DNA from: Octopus sinensis
Lineage: Eukaryota
DNA: 64,000 nucleotides
Direction: 5' to 3'
NCBI RefSeq assembly: GCF_006345805.1
Contig: NC_043001.1
Coordinates: 101,804,001 to 101,868,000 of the forward strand
Shown: positions 61,874 through 64,000 of the stretch, one piece after another
How positions within the stretch are numbered: position 1 is the stretch's first letter
Layout: the number at the start of each line of letters is the position of its first letter
The notes under the pieces: model-generated
Told to the model about the DNA's origin: nothing
Databases searched by the model: none
Seen by the model: only the letters and a program-made list of their open reading frames with translations
Program-made: the position numbers and the translations under genes

Positions 61874-63324
61874 AAATATATATATATATATATGTGTGGT
61901 GTGTGTGTGTGTGTGAGTGTGTGTAGATATATCTGCATGTGTAAGTGTCCTCTTCATCTGCATAAAATTTGATTTGGAGACAAAATACAAAGCCACACAT
62001 AAGAATATTAAAATATGCACAGAATTCAATAAACGCAACTCTTTTTCCATCTTGTATTAACTAACCTTTAACACATTCTTAAAAATAAAATAACACATCT
62101 TCAATTTCAAAAATATTCTAAGACTTCATTGAAATCTCTTTTCTCAGACATAATTAATTTGTTTCTGAAATTCTTTTCTTTTTAATCCCCAAAAGAAAGA
62201 TTTCCAGTCTTCATTTTCATTTTCCATATTTTCACTCATGAAATAAAGTTTTGAAATTAAGTAAATATTCACTAAAGATCAACACAAAATGTTGACTGCA
62301 AATATATTCGATAAACACCAACATAAATCAATCAGATAGAACTTAAAAGGCTAAACAATACCAAATGTTTTAGTCTTGTGAAAAACAGATATCTTTATAT
62401 AATATGAAATGTGGATAAGTAAAAGACCCAAGTGGATGGCTCTGGTGTTCTTTGTTGTTCTATGAAAATAGAAGAGATATTCTATCTAGAGGTGAATCCT
62501 TTCAACTAACATACGCTTCAATGCTTTTTCACTTTTCTTTCATACATGAGCTGTTGCAAACTGCAAAGTATTTCTACCTGAGCAACTACATAGAGTGCTC
62601 CCTGGTTAGGCTGTCTGCTTTAAACCAAAGCATGAGAGAAGATCAGAATCCATGTATGGCCACTACCAAATTACAGTTCAAAAATTTGCCAAAACTTTGA
62701 AGCAGTTTTGTCAGACAATTATTTTAGAAAATACAGAAATGCACCAGACAGCATCGAATTGTGTTTTACAAGCATTTCAGGAATGGAGAAAGTTCCAAGC
62801 AACTGACAAGTGTAATGCAATGATTATATTTAAACCACAAAAAGATTTTTACCCAAGATTCCTAACATCATCGTTCTAAATGTTGATGATGATCATCATT
62901 GCTTTGATAACCACTTTTCCATGCTTGCATGGGTCAGATGAAATACATTGGAGCAGATTTTTATCAGCAAGAAGCCCTTTCTGCCATCAGCCTAAACCTG
63001 TTTCCAACTAAAGTTAAATTTCTTTTTGACCAGACATGTTTTCACAGAAGAGTGAAAATGAAAACAAATGGCACTATTTGTATGATGGTGTTACTTGCTT
63101 GCATCTAGGAAATGATGTCAAGACAATGAGACACACACACACACATATATATTCATACTTTTGTTTATGTTGGAACAATGAGAGAAAACTATACAAAAGA
63201 TATTGTACAGGATTGGAAGATATGATTTTTTGTTTTATTGAAACTAAAACTTTGTCTTATGACTCAAGTTTCATGTTACTGCAATCTTCAGGTGGGAACC
63301 TGGTTTCAGCTTCAATAGAAGAAC

Positions 63325-63395
<71 letters not shown>

Positions 63396-63727
63396 CACCT
63401 TCTTAAGATGCCATGCAGTGGAAGTGAAGCTGGACCAAAGGCATTGAGCAGCAAACTTCAGAGACACTCAGCCATGCTTACATCATTGATGCTAATATTA
63501 AAGTTATAATATCATATTGTGTCGAAATTTGTCTTGTTTGACAACAGTATCTAGAGAGGAAAGAAAGGTGGTGTTGCCATGAGCAGCTTTAGAAGAACTG
63601 ATGGATCTGGGCCTGCATTTGCCAATGTTCTTTGACATATATTTAGCTCACAACACATAGGCCTGGACAAAGATTTGCAGATATGCAAATTCACAGGTCT
63701 GCATACATATATACATGTTTGTTTGTT

Positions 63728-63769
<42 letters not shown>

Positions 63770-64000
63770 GGAAGGGTTGATGAAATAAGGGCCAGTCTGG
63801 GTTATCTTTAATAGATACCACTTTAGAAGACGGTACCTCAACATGGTACCTTGTCCATTGACTACAACCAGTAAAAGAGCATTATTAAGTTAAACAAGTG
63901 ATTTCACCTGAGACATTTAAGCTCAGTGTCCATGTTTCACTGCCATAGAATAGCACTGGTTCAACAATTGTCCTGAACAGCTTGATTTTGGACACTGATA

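Noticed and set aside
62430-62880. Unique-looking ORF pair as a host exon or transposase
   Set aside because: No recognisable motif, broken frames and no clear splice sites; left unassigned.

Overview
AT-rich, repeat-saturated eukaryotic non-coding DNA, either intergenic or a large intron. The SINE families and the heavy load of (TA)n, (CA)n, (GATA)n, (ATC)n and (ATT)n microsatellites are most consistent with a coleoid cephalopod such as Octopus; this is an inference, not a search result. No host protein-coding gene can be supported. Almost all ORF-track entries are translated microsatellites, SINEs or decayed transposon frames. The window holds several tRNA-derived SINE families; decayed RTE, R4/Dong-type (RLE) and L1/Tx1-type LINEs; internally deleted Tc1/mariner elements; hAT and piggyBac-type MITEs; and two non-autonomous Helitrons. 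The most interesting signal is a set of short non-coding elements with Penelope-like architecture: a 5' inverted copy of their own end, often inserted in (TA)n, and carrying minimal hammerhead ribozyme motifs. One family (19693-20070 and 54206-54810) joins a tRNA-like Pol III promoter to a hammerhead core. Another (16172-16790) is a ~228-bp near-perfect foldback with a complete hammerhead core in each arm. Coordinates were read by eye, and edges of decayed elements are approximate.
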